Assembly: GCF_036971445.1 (NCBI RefSeq)
Contig: NC_091474.1
Coordinates: 184,512,001 to 184,576,000 of the forward strand
Direction of reading: 5' to 3'
DNA: 64,000 nucleotides
Origin: Narcine bancroftii
Taxonomy: Eukaryota
Position 1 is the stretch's first letter. Every line of letters begins with the position of its first letter. The translations under genes and the position numbers were made by a program. The notes under the pieces are model-generated. The model ran no database searches. It was not told the origin of the DNA and worked only from the letters and a program-made list of their open reading frames with translations. Shown here in pieces: positions 35,671 to 47,596 of this stretch.

Positions 35671-38600
35671 TAAGGAGGCCACTCAGTCCTTGGAAAATAA
35701 GAATTGAATGAATTAGAGAAGAAAGAATGCAGTAAGAAAAACAATCTGTAGTTTTTTTTGTGATATGAAGAAACTACTTTGAACTGCCACCAAAATATGG
35801 TTCTATCAAGATATAAACTAAGGAGAAATCGCTTTGCACTTCTCTTCTAGAGGACATACTTAATTTTATTTTTCTTTGTTATTTTTCTCTAGCATGAAGT
35901 TAGCAAGTTTAGTTTCTGTTTTCCAGATTGCTCCAAGTACTTTCATATCTGCAATTATTTTCAGTTAGATGTACTGAGATTAAGAATGATTAAAACATTA
36001 CTCTATATAATGCTTGAAAGGGAACTAGTCATTCACTGTCAAACAATCTGTCATAATTGCTGAGAAAACTTTTGTTTGGTGAGGAACATTATAACCCTAT
36101 TTTTCCAATGGAAATTGGGAAGATAGCCAGTTATAATGCTTGGGGTACATAACGAACAGAAAGTCAGCAGGATTCCGCAATTTCCAATTGTGATCACTCT
36201 GACCAGGCACAATCCTACTCAATATGTGCTATTTGGGATTTAATTATAGTTTGGGATCCCTCCAACAATTTACATTTTGATTTGAGTAGTTAAGCAACTT
36301 CAGCATTTCAGGAGGTGAAAGCCCACATTGAGAATCATTATTCTCATTTGTACATTCCCTTTTGAAGTCACAAGGAAAGTTGAAGCTTCTCTTCACCTAG
36401 GTTATCCCCCATTTCAGATCAGGACACCCCTATAAAAAAACTTTTCCTAAACTTGAATTCTCAATCACTCCCTGCCAGTTTCATACAGTCATTTGACATG
36501 CCTTGTTTATGAGACCTGTTATTTAAAGTTAGCAGGTCTTTACCAATCCCTGGTGTTTTTAAGTGGAAAAAAATGATCTTCACATTAATAAATGTTCAAT
36601 ATTCTAAATTTGATGGCATTTCATTAATAAAGTTATTACAGGAAGTCACTTAATTAATGTGATGAACTAACAGAAAAGAAAAAAAATATTTTTGAGATAA
36701 TTCATTATTTGTGTACAGAAGTGTATATTTAATGACAAGCTTTTCCTTAACATTTTTATTCCAACTTTATTCCTTCCATTCCCATAAGTAGTCCACTGGC
36801 ATGTTTTGCTCCTAGCTGAAACAAAACAAAATGGACTGGTTTGGTGTTATACAAAAGCATTACTAAATTTGCCATCTTTTCAGTTTGGTTCACAGGACAT
36901 GAACATTCACTTGAAAACTTTTCACATTCATGGTGCTAGTTTTGGATTGAAGTAAATGAAAAAAGTGGGCAAGTTATTTAATGAATACTGGTTTCATCTA
37001 ACAATTATAAGCTATGTAAGCACAATATAAGTATCATGGTTATATTCAAGTTTAATAGCTTTCCCATTTTATTTTAGGTTAAAATACACTATATAAGCAA
37101 ATCTAAAGTAATGGATATGACATGATGCAAGCTCACAATTTTCAGATTTGCTTTCATTGGATGTCAAGTCTTCATAGCATGAGAATTATTTAATGAAATT
37201 GGATGCCATTCAACACATACATTTCAATATGCTTATTTCAAAATGGTGATTAGTATTCAGCTTTGAGAAAAGAAATTCAACACAGAAAATATAGTTAGTT
37301 AATGAACCAATTTGTTTTTGTACAATGAAATGTGATACTTCTTACATAAATGTTGCAAAATGCATTTTTAGAGTTTTTCACTGGCCTTAAATAATTTAGA
37401 GAAGGCCTGGGGTTGTGAAACATGATTTAAATTTAAGTGCTTTTTAAAAACAAAGATGTTCAATCAACTTACTTTTAATATTAACTGACTCTCTAAAAAT
37501 TATTTGTTGAACAATATCAAGGGTGGAGCATACAAGGCTCAGTTTTGATTGAAGTGATACATTAACAAAATTAACACTTCTGTACCAAGAAATCCTGTCA
37601 AATTTAAAACAGTAAAAATTGAGACCTTCCTGACTGGTTCAAAGCAAGGCATTGGCTGCTGACAAGTGTTATCAGCAGGTCAGTCATACACCTGCAATAA
37701 AGTAGGTTGATAATAAGTGGGTGGGAACATAATATGCGGAAATATGCGTGATTATCCACTTTTGTTAAGCCGAGTATTTGTAAAATGACAAGAAACAGTT
37801 GGTGTGACCCAGATATGCTTGTAAATAAATCACCAATAGCCAATATGAATTTCCTGTGAGTAATTAGGAAGATCAATAGAAGTTTTACATTTAATTTTGT
37901 TTGTCACGAAATACCTAGTAGAATGAGGGCTATTCTGCAAACAGACTAACAGATTATCTCTAACATTCATACATCCATTTAAAGAGCACAATTGGAATGA
38001 AAAGAAAAACATTTAGCTTGAAACAAGGGCAGCATGATAGGATAAATGGTATGTTGGGCTTTATTATGAGCTGTTTAGGTTGAAGGAGTAGGGAAATCTT
38101 AATGTAGTTGTATAGGATCTTGGTAAAACTGTATGAGGAGTATTGTGAAGTAGCTTGTAGTATCACTGAGGAAAGGATATATTTCCATAGAAAAACTGCA
38201 GCAAAGACTCGCCAGATTGGTTCCAAAGATGGTAGATTTGCATAAAAGGACAGATTAATAGAATGGGATTTATTCTTTTGAGTTGAAACTTCCAAAATTC
38301 TTCAGGGGCTTTAGTCCATTATTTTTTTTTGTTTCAGCTGGGAACAAAACATGGCAGTGGACTACTTCAAGGGCTGGAAAGAGAAAAGTTGGAATTAAAA
38401 ATGTCAAGGAAATGCTCACCATCAAATATAAATTTTTGTACACAAGTAATGAATTATCTCAAAAATATTTTTTTGTTTTGTTGGTCCATCACAGGCTAGA
38501 TTCAGGGAGATGATTTTCCCCTTGTTGAGAAAGAGCGCCATCTCAGAAAGAGAAGTGGGCTTTGTGATACGGAGAAATTTCTTCAGAGGCTGATGAATCT

Positions 38601-38954
38601 TTTGATTTCTTTCTTCTGGATGATTATCAAAGGATATGAAATTCGTTTTTTTTTGGAAAATGTACTGTAAATATCATTGATATTAATAGATGGCATAATG
38701 AGATGAGATATTGTTTCATAATGGAAAAAATTATGTATGTTTCACGTGATAATTATATTTTTTATTAATAAGTGGTTGTTATATTCAGAATATTTACATT
38801 TCAATTTACATTGATTAGATCTTAATATGTATATTTAATTTTTCTTTAATATTTTTTCTTTTTTCTTTATGGCTCTCCTTAGGAGAGTTCTTTTTTTCTA
38901 TATATAAAAAATAACATTCATGTTTATGGTTAATTGTTGTATATGTCATATACT

Positions 38955-39894
38955 GCCCGGACCGGGGCTCGGCCCCGGTCCGGGCAGTATGGACCGACCT
39001 AGGAGGGGAGGCAGGCCCCTCCAGCCCGGGTAAGAAACTGCATAGGAGGCCACTCCGATATAAAACCTACGACCTAAGGACCTCGCTGCCACGTCCCAGC
39101 TTGCTTGGCCACGGCACACGAACCATGGGTGTAAAGGGTGGGGCCAGTACTGCGCGCACTGCACTCCACCTAAAAACTCCTTTGCGCAGGCCCGAGGACA
39201 GGTCCACGTCCTCCCCCTCCACGTCCTCCCCCTCCACGTCCTCCCCCTCCACGTCCTCCCCCTCCACGTCCTCCCCCTCAAAAGATGCTCACAAACTCAA
39301 GCTAGCATGCTGGAACATCAGAACCATGCAAGACAAGGCTGACAGCCACCGACCTGAACGTCGGTCTGCCCTAATTGCACATGAACTCCTCAGACTTGAC
39401 ATCGAGATGGCAGAGGTCGACAGCATCGAGTCCACGCTGATGAAGATCCAGCTGCGCTGGATGGGTCACGTCTCCAGAATGGAGGACCATCGCCTTCCCA
39501 AGATCGTGTTATATGGCGAGCTCTCCACTGGCCACCATGACAGAGGTGCACCAAAGAAAAGGTACAAGGACTGCCTAAAGAAATCTCTTGGTGCCTGCCA
39601 CAATGACCACCACCAGTGGGCTGATAACGCCTCAAACCGTGCATCTTGGCGCCTCACAGTTTGGCGGGCAGCAACCTCCTTTGAAGAAGACCGCAGAGCC
39701 CACCTCACTGACAAAAGGCAAAGGAGGAAAAACCCAACACCCAACCCCAACCAACCAATTTTCCCTTGCAACCGCTGCAATCGTGTCTGCCTGTCCCGCA
39801 TCGGACTTGTCAGCCACAAACGAGCCTGCAGCTGACGTGGACTTTTTACCCCCTCCATAAATCTTCGTCCGCGAAGCCAAGCCAAAGAAAGATG
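38955..39894 (+). mobile_element. Internally deleted RTE element with both ends retained
   Basis: TSD ATGTCATATACT 38943-38954 / 39895-39906; ORF 39101-39835 joins the APE start (LACWNIRT..ERRSALIAHELLRLDI) to the RTE C-terminus (EMAEVDSIES..CNRC..HKRAC). Confidence 0.92.
39203..39277 (+). repeat. 15-bp tandem repeat TCCACGTCCTCCCCC x5 (STSSP)n
   Basis: Five perfect copies read directly. Confidence 0.95.
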
Positions 39895-40118
39895 ATGTCA
39901 TATACTATTTGTTTTTTGAACGAATAAAGTTTAAAAAAAGAAAATGTACTGTAGAACAGCCCTATCTTGATGAATGGTGGGACAGACATGAAGGGCTACC
40001 CCTTCTCCTATTTCTTATGTTCCTGTTTGACCAAAAATTGTTGCTATATATAGGAACTAGGGATCCTTGCACCTGAAATACAGAAAATCAGCATACTCGT
40101 AAGACAAGTTTTATAGAG

Positions 40119-40190
40119 CAGTGGTTCTCAACCTTTTTCTTTCCACTCACATACCATTTTACGTTTTCCTTATGCCATAGGTGCTCAGTA
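40119..40190. mobile_element. hAT-Charlie-like terminus
   Basis: CAGTGGTTCTCAACC preceded by TTATAGAG; second TIR not found. Confidence 0.45.
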
Positions 40191-40199
40191 ACATCCTAC

Positions 40200-41045
40200 T
40201 CAATAAATGCACACTCGTCAGAGATATCAGTGGAATGCCCTCTTTTTAAGTCACTTCAGGTTCGGGCACCTGAAACAGGAAGTGACGTCATGACGCGACC
40301 CGCAATGCACTCCGACAGCACGGGCATCCCTGGTCATTTCGGGCCGAGACCATTTGGCCCGCGACACCACCCCCTTTCCACAATCTCCATTAAAACATGC
40401 CATGCACCGGATTTAGGAGGGCGGTCTCTGTGCCTCAAGGAAGGAACTAGCACAGGTTACGCTAAATCCAAGTGCGCGGGCTTCAAACTCTGAATCAGTT
40501 TGTTCTCCCGCCAGCGTCCAATGTGAACACACCATTGCGACGCAAAACCTTGTAAGGTCCTTCATTTGGCCTTTGTAGTGGAGTGCCCTGTACTCGCCGA
40601 CGGACAAACATATGCTCTGCTGAACGTTGGTCCTCGGGAACATGGGAAGGTGGATCTGCACGATGTCTTGCCAGAGGAGGGTTTCATGCAGCCACCCGGT
40701 TCATCAGAATTCGCATCCGGCCGGTCGAAGCGCAGGTCACCCAGGACAGTCAGAGAGGCTCCATAAACCATTTCCACCGATGACACAGACAAATCTTCCT
40801 TCAGTGCAGTTCTTATCCCCAACAATACCCAAGGCAAATGATCCATCTAATTGGGGCCCATGTCGTCTGGTCTTCAAAACGGACTTAAGGTGCCTGTGGT
40901 TGCGTTCAACAACCTATTCGACTGGGGGTGATATCTGGTGGTATGATAAAATTGGCTTCCACAGAAATCCGCCAACGCAGTCCATAAGGATGATGTAAAC
41001 AATCCGAGGTGATGTGGGTGGGAACCCCAAATCTTGCCACCCAGT
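40200..41045 (-). mobile_element. Gypsy-type integrase remnant and 3' region
   Basis: WMDHLPWVLLGIRTALKEDLSVSSVEMVYG, typical of the C-terminal part of the rve core. Confidence 0.7.
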
Positions 41046-41129
41046 GTATATTTTTCATTTTGTGGAAAGGTTTTTTTTCCAGTTAATTTTTTTTAAAGTG
41101 AGTAATGGAGTTCAAGGTGCAATTACAAT

Positions 41130-41367
41130 ATGTTTGGCCTGGAAGTCAGCCTGAAGAAAACTGAGGTCCTCCATCAGCCAGCTCCCCACCATGACTACCA
41201 GCCCCCCCACATCTCCATCGGGCACACAAAACTCAAAACGGTCAACCAGTTTACCTATCTCGGCTGCACCATTTCATCAGATGCAAGGATCGACAATGAG
41301 ATAGACAACAGACTCGCCAAGGCAAATAGTGCCTTTGGAAGACTACACAAAAGAGTCTGGAAAAAAA
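41130..41367 (+). mobile_element. Internal RTE fragment truncated at both ends
   Basis: MFGLEVSLKKTEVLHQP..FTYLGCTISSDARIDNEIDNRLAKANSAFGRL; ends in an A-run at an internal A-rich site. Confidence 0.88.
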
Positions 41368-42254
41368 ATAATAGCTATTATTATGGAGAAATAAATAATA
41401 ACCATTGGACACAACCCCAAATCCTTGAGGGGTCAACCCTATTTTTAATAAAGAGAAGTTATGAATATAACAATATCTCTGGAAAAACTAGTTGGTAAAT
41501 TTTGCATTATTTGCTTTGACTCACTCCAATTGTTGAAATCATTGTATGAAACAGAAATATCTTCAAATTAATCTTAAATGAATCTCCCTGAACATAATCT
41601 TCATAAGGTTAAAATCCAAATCACACTAACTTCTAATTAAATGTTTATTTTTCCTTAATAACTTAGTCATACTTATGTTGATTTTTCAACTAATTAAACT
41701 TAGAAAAGGCATATCTCACAGAGTTCAGACTATCATGCACCAGTGACTTATGTGCCAGGGTTGGATTGCTGATAAGTACATTATTAATTAATAGAAAGGC
41801 ATAAACAGTGTTACGTTGTTCATAACATATGTAGATTTATTATCTATTTAAAGAACAGTTCTTGGAGGATCACAGAGGGAATTTTAAGGAGAAAGATTTA
41901 GAATTCAATGGACTACAAAGAACATAATAAAGCTGGAGATGTTCCAATGAGAGAGGATACTGATAGTGGTTAAATCATTTTGAAATGATTTTGGATAATG
42001 TTGTTGGCATCTCGCTCGTGCCTTGAGATGCTGCCGGTCACCCATACCTTAGAAGCAAGGATCATCACTGCCTACTCGATCATGAGCTTTGTGCCATATT
42101 TAATGTTGACATCTTCTAACACTCTTTTCCTAAGCAGACCAAAGGGCATGGTAATGAACTGAAGCAAGTGGTAAATTCCATCATCAGTGTTTTGCTTTGC
42201 TCAGAAAGTTCCTGAGATATGGGGAATAATCTATGTTTTCCAGGGTATCATCAT

Positions 42255-43280
42255 AAACCCTTGTCCTTATCTACCTACCTACTTACTTACCTACCACCTC
42301 ACCAGCTTCCACAACCAACATATTATCCTCCGCAATTTCTGCCACATTGGCCTACCAGTGTAAAAAGCTATCCATGATTAAGGGACACACTTCAAGATCT
42401 AAAATTCCTAGGTGGTTAAACGTTTTCCCCTCTCTGCCTTCCACAGGGACCACTCCCTTTTGGACTTCCACATCTACTCATCCTTTCTCATCAATCACCC
42501 CTTGTACCTACCCCTGTGACTGCAGGAAATGTTACACACACCCATAGCCCCTCCCTCACCACCATTCGGGCCTCCAACAAACCTTCCAAATAAAGCAACA
42601 TTTCACTTGTGAAACTACATGGGTTATCTACTACATCCGGTGCTCAGAGGGACTAGACACAGACTGGGAGATTGCTTTGTTGAGCACCTAATCTCTGTCT
42701 GCTGTGATAGTGAGGATCTCCCAATGGCAACCCATTTGAATTCCCTGCCCCATTCACATGCTGACATGTCAGTCCATGGTCTCATGCTCTGTCAATTGAG
42801 ATAACCTGCGAATTGGAGGAACACCACCACATATTTTGTCTGAGCACCATCCAACCAAATGGGATTGACATTGACTTTTCCAAATTCCATTAACCCCCAC
42901 CCACCCTGTCTTTCTCGCTCCCTATTCCTACGTCTTCTTTCTTCCTGCTCCCTACCCCTTGACTCCCTTTCCCCGTCCCTCTGCTTTCACAAAGCTATCC
43001 CCTCCCTTGATCATTTCTCATCTGCCCTCCTCTCCATGTCAACCTGTGGCCTCGGCTGTTGGCCTATATTCCACCCCTTGCCCCTTCTTCCCTCCTGTCC
43101 CCACCTTCTTATTTAGGCACCTGCCTGCTTTTTGCTCATACCTTGATGAAGGGCTCAGGCCTGAAATGCTGATTATATATCTTTGTCTCCAATGGACACT
43201 GTGGGACCTGCTGAGTTTCTCCAGCACTTTTGTGTATTTACTACAATCACAGAGTTTGCTGATCTTCTTGTTTCATGCTT
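42255..43280 (+). mobile_element. Degenerate Penelope-like element
   Basis: GIY-YIG remnant FTCETTWVIYYIRC..TRHRLGDCFVEHL..PMATHLN; hammerhead motif at 43137-43177. Confidence 0.8.
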
Positions 43281-44029
43281 ATTTTCAGAGGGTAGTGTCG
43301 GACAGTGTGACAGGTTAATGTCTTATGGATCTTGAGTGAAAGGTACATCCTCCTGTAAGCTTCAGTAAGAATTGTTGATGATTCTGTATGTCATGCTAAG
43401 AGATCTCTTGAAGCTTTGTGTAGCCATCATAAAGGATTGTGGGGAAAGACCACAATTTAAGGTATTACTCACAGACTGAAGCTTCTGTGGAAACACTTGA
43501 ACTCATTGAAGATAGTTATTATGAAGCCTGGGCGAATAACTGCAGAGCATACAGTACAAGGAATTGCTGGAGGAACTCAGCAGAGTTTAGACACCATCCA
43601 TGGCCAGTCAATGTTACAAGTTGAAACCCTTTATCAAGTCTAAGATAGCATTAGTGAAATTGTATACATAAAGGGGTAGAAGTTCAGAGGTGATAAGTGT
43701 AGATGGCACACATTGTAATCACTGCTCGTTAGAGACAAGAGGGTCAGAAAGTTTGGGGTATGGGTAGAGTCACTAATTGTAGATTTAAATAGATTATTGC
43801 TGAAGTCACATGAACAAATATAAACACGAAATCATTTCAGAGCCTGCTTATGCCAAGTCTTCGAACGCCAGATAAGGTAAAATGTTGAGATTAAAGTTAA
43901 ACTAGTCCCGTTTCTTCTCCCACCTGGGGCGCAGTCATCATTAATTTAAAATGTACAGCGCTGAAAGCGTTGTTAGTCTTTACTGCGTTGCGCTTCATTT
44001 GCCAAGATTCCACATTTAACATTCAGATG

Positions 44030-44610
44030 TACTGGCCAGGCGTTTCGTTGAGAAAGCACCATACGCTTGCTCTGAATGGCTCGCCAAGTTTAGAAGAAGA
44101 ACGGGCGGGGAAAACGAAGTAGTAAAGCAGTTCACCTTTGAGGGGGGCAGTGCAGACCAAAGCCACAAGGTAAGATCTGGCTCCGCCGCCACTCGGCTGG
44201 AACCTTGGCCGGGGCATTCGCTCACTGTTATTGTTGCGTCGCTCGTGCGCAGGCGCAGTGGAGAGTAAACAGGCTGGGAGCGGCTGGTCCCAATAACGGT
44301 CTGCAGGTACCGGCCAGCGGAGCAGCGTCAGCCTGTGAGTGTCGATCAGTTCGCGGCCTACACTCGCAGGCCCAAGGCGGCAGTCGCGCTCATGTCTGGA
44401 CTGCTCATCCGAGTAAGTAACCCAGATTAGGAGGTGGACAGCGAAGTCGAGGGGTGAGAGAGGAGCTGGCAGGGAGCGCGGGTGGGGGTGGGGAACAGGT
44501 GGAGGGAGCGCGGCGGGAGGAGGGGAGGAACAGGTGGAGGGAGCGCGGCGGGAGGAGGAGCAAATGGACATTTCGAGCGGTGGTGCGCAGTCAAGTGGCC
44601 TTACGTGAAG
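44030..44610 (+). promoter_or_regulatory. ncoa7: CpG-island promoter and non-coding first exon (donor at 44413), probably ncoa7
   Basis: High CpG; NRF1 motif TGCGCAGGCGCA 44246-44257; donor GTAAGT at 44413 followed by a G-rich intron start; lies upstream of the ncoa7 ATG exon on the same strand. Confidence 0.7.
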
Positions 44611-46063
44611 ATTGAAGGGAACAGTGATGTGAAAGTGGGAAGTGGCAAGATGTAAGTGAAACAGTGAAAAAGGTTTGTGGTTGGCATGGATGTGCAAAGC
44701 AGATGGGGAATGAGGGCATGTGGTGGAGTGGATGGGGCAACGTGAGGGAGTGTGACTGGATCAGCGATTGGGAGGGGGAAATGTCAAGAGCAAGACGTGT
44801 TTAAAAATTCACAGAAGTGAAAAGTCTTTCAGAACACTAAAAAGATGAAAAAGTCAACTGCTTTCTGTAAGGGTTTTATGGTGGATTGTATTTTTAAAGC
44901 AATCTTTTGTCTTGCTGTCTTTCATCGTTTCATTTTTAGAGTGTATGTAGTCATAGTTAACATTTATTGATACAAACAATAGAACCTTTATTATCCAGAA
45001 ACTGAGGAGTGACCCTTTCTGAGTGACTATTTCTGATTGCAAAGATGCATTTAGTGGGGGGCTATGCTATCAACAGATATGTGAACTCAATTGAAAATTA
45101 AAATAAAATTGCTGATGTTGGAGTTATGAAATAAAACAAAATGCTTGAACTCTCTTTGAGTTGAACAACATCTCTGGAAAGAGACTTTCTAAGAACTGAG
45201 AAAAAAAGCACTATTTTCACACTGGCTCTTTCACACCTGCATATTTGAGAACGAGTATAAAATTAAAATTGTGTTATTTTGGAAATATTTTCTATTTGCC
45301 ATTCAATCAGAACATGATTCCCATCTATTGAACCTAGTTTGGTAGTTTTTGATTGGCAAATGAGAAGGCCTTGTTGCATGTCATATCACCAGCATGTTAT
45401 TCAACAAGGCTCACCCAAGTTATTGTGAACTGGTTTTACAGATCCAGGTTAACTCAGTTCTGTGGATTTAAAAAAAAAAGTACTGTCCTCAATTGAACTC
45501 TGTCAGAATACCTCGATCTGATATGACAAAACACTTGTGCTTTCCTCAATTGTTTATTTAAAAAAGAAACAAAAATGTATGTGCCATGACTGAAGTTAAG
45601 AGAAAGATGTTTAAAAACAGATAAATAGGAGAAAAGTGTAAATTAAAAACATGAAATGTATAGTCATTGTTTGAGATAATTGCTATTATTGATGGAGTCA
45701 AAAATAGCGTGAAATGCATTCCAAAACTGTATAAAGCTTGTTTTCAATTGGAGTAGAAGGATATCAGATTATAGGAAGGATTTGATGGCACCAGAGAAGG
45801 CTCAAAAGAGATTTACAAGTATGTTGACTTGTCAGGATGTTACTCACTGGGGTTGTTTGGGATGGGAGAGGCCATAGAGGCTTAGATGGGATGAATCAAA
45901 AATATTTATTTATTTTTGTAGAAATATTAATGGTAAGGTCATAGTAGAAGGATTATAAAATTGGGGAAATTTCTTTTCACCGATTGTTGTGGGGATCTGG
46001 ATCTCCTTGCCTGAAAAAAAACAAGGCAAACCCTCTCTACATTTATAAAGGACCCAATTGAGC

Positions 46064-46618
46064 TTCCACCAGCGTTGTCTCCGCTCCATCCTCAAAATTC
46101 ATTGGAGCGACTTCATCCCTAACATCGAAGTACTCGAGATGGCAGAGGCCGACAGCATCGAGTCCACGCTGCTGAAGATCCAGCTGCGCTGGGTGGGTCA
46201 CGTCTCCAGAATGGAGGACCATCGCCTTCCCAAGAACGTGTTATATGGCGAGCTCTCCACTGGCCACTGTGACAGAGGTGCACCAAAGAAGAGGTACAAG
46301 GACTACCTAAAGAAATCTCTTGGTGCCTGCCACATTGACCACCGCCAGTGGGCTGATATCACCTCAAACCGTGCATCTTGGCGCCTCACAGTTCGGCGGG
46401 CAGCAACCTCCTTTGAAGAAGACCGCAGAGCCCACCTCACTGACAAAAGACAAAGGAGGAAAAACCCAACACCCAACCCCAACCAACCAATTTTCCCCTG
46501 CAACCGTGTCTGCCTGTCCCGCATCGGACTTGTCAGCCACAGTCGAGCCTGCAGCTGACGTGGACTTTTACCCCCTCCATAAATCTTCGTCCGCGAACCC
46601 AAGCCAAAAGAGAAAGAG
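46064..46618 (+). mobile_element. 5'-truncated RTE LINE
   Basis: RTE C-terminal ORF; TSD AATTGAGC 46056-46063 / 46619-46626. Confidence 0.92.
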
Positions 46619-46779
46619 AATTGAGCACTTTATGTGATAATGATGTGCTGTTACAGACTGAAAGCTGGGATGTTGGAGAGGCATGAATAATTTTCTTTTG
46701 GCTTGCATGAACATGATGGACCAATGGCTTGCTACTGTGCCATATTAAATAATGAGGGCTCACAAGAAAGGTACTGCAA

Positions 46780-47500
46780 TATTTGTGAATATTTTAATTA
46801 TATGAATCCTTACTTGATGGTTTGCAACCTAGAGTCCCTGCCTTTAAGAGATGGTGAAGTCTTCTGGAAAAGTTCAAGAGTATTGGAAAATAGTAATTAT
46901 AACACCACCAAAAGACAGGTGGGGGCGCTGGGTGAGAGATAGAAAGCTGAGAACATTAAGCCAGATAGTTTAATATCTGTCATTGGGAAAATGCTGTAAT
47001 CTGTATTTACAGAGGTAGTAAAATGTTTTTAGATTCATAAAATAATCCAATAGAGCAAGGTTTTATGAAAAAGAGACAAAACCTGACAATTTTTCTAGAG
47101 CTCTTTGGGAATGCAATTACAGGATTGAGTACATTTGGATATCCATAAGGCATTTGATTAAAGTTCCACATAACAGGTTACAACAGTAGATGAAGATTCT
47201 GGTCAAAACTTGTACATTAATAGCAATTGAGTCAGGATGAGCAAATCCTCTTCATATTGGCAATCAGTAACTACTGGGAATGCACAGGGATTACTATAAT
47301 ACATCCAAATGATTTGGATGAAGTGACCATGTGTAGCATAGCTAAAGCTAAATTTGCTAATAATGCATATAAGTAGGCCAACAAATTGAGGACACAGCCT
47401 GCACATATATATAATTAGATTGTGTTTGGACAAGAGTGGCAAATAAAGCATAAAACATGTATTGGAAAACATTAGGTTGCCCACTTTGTCAGCAAGAATA
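46780..47500 (+). mobile_element. Highly degenerate CR1 fragment
   Basis: Remnants YIWISIRHL/KVPHNRL and AKFANNA in CR1 RT motif order. Confidence 0.45.
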
Positions 47501-47596
47501 AAAGAAACAAATTATTATTTAACTGCAATTCAAAAATTATTATTTGAAAACACAGAAATCCAAAAAGCATAATGTTTCCAGAAGTAGTAGCAGCTC

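Larger units (their letters stand above)
38670..39939 (+). mobile_element. 5'-truncated L1-type 3' end hosting a nested RTE derivative
   Basis: TSD GAAAATGTACTGTA 38656-38669 / 39940-39953; AATAAA and A-tail; remnant RWHNEMRYCFIMEKI resembles the L1 ORF2 C-terminus. Confidence 0.75.

Noticed and set aside
44023-44697. 224-aa minus-strand ORF
   Set aside because: Low-complexity Pro-rich translation of a CpG island with a non-ATG start; no homology recognised
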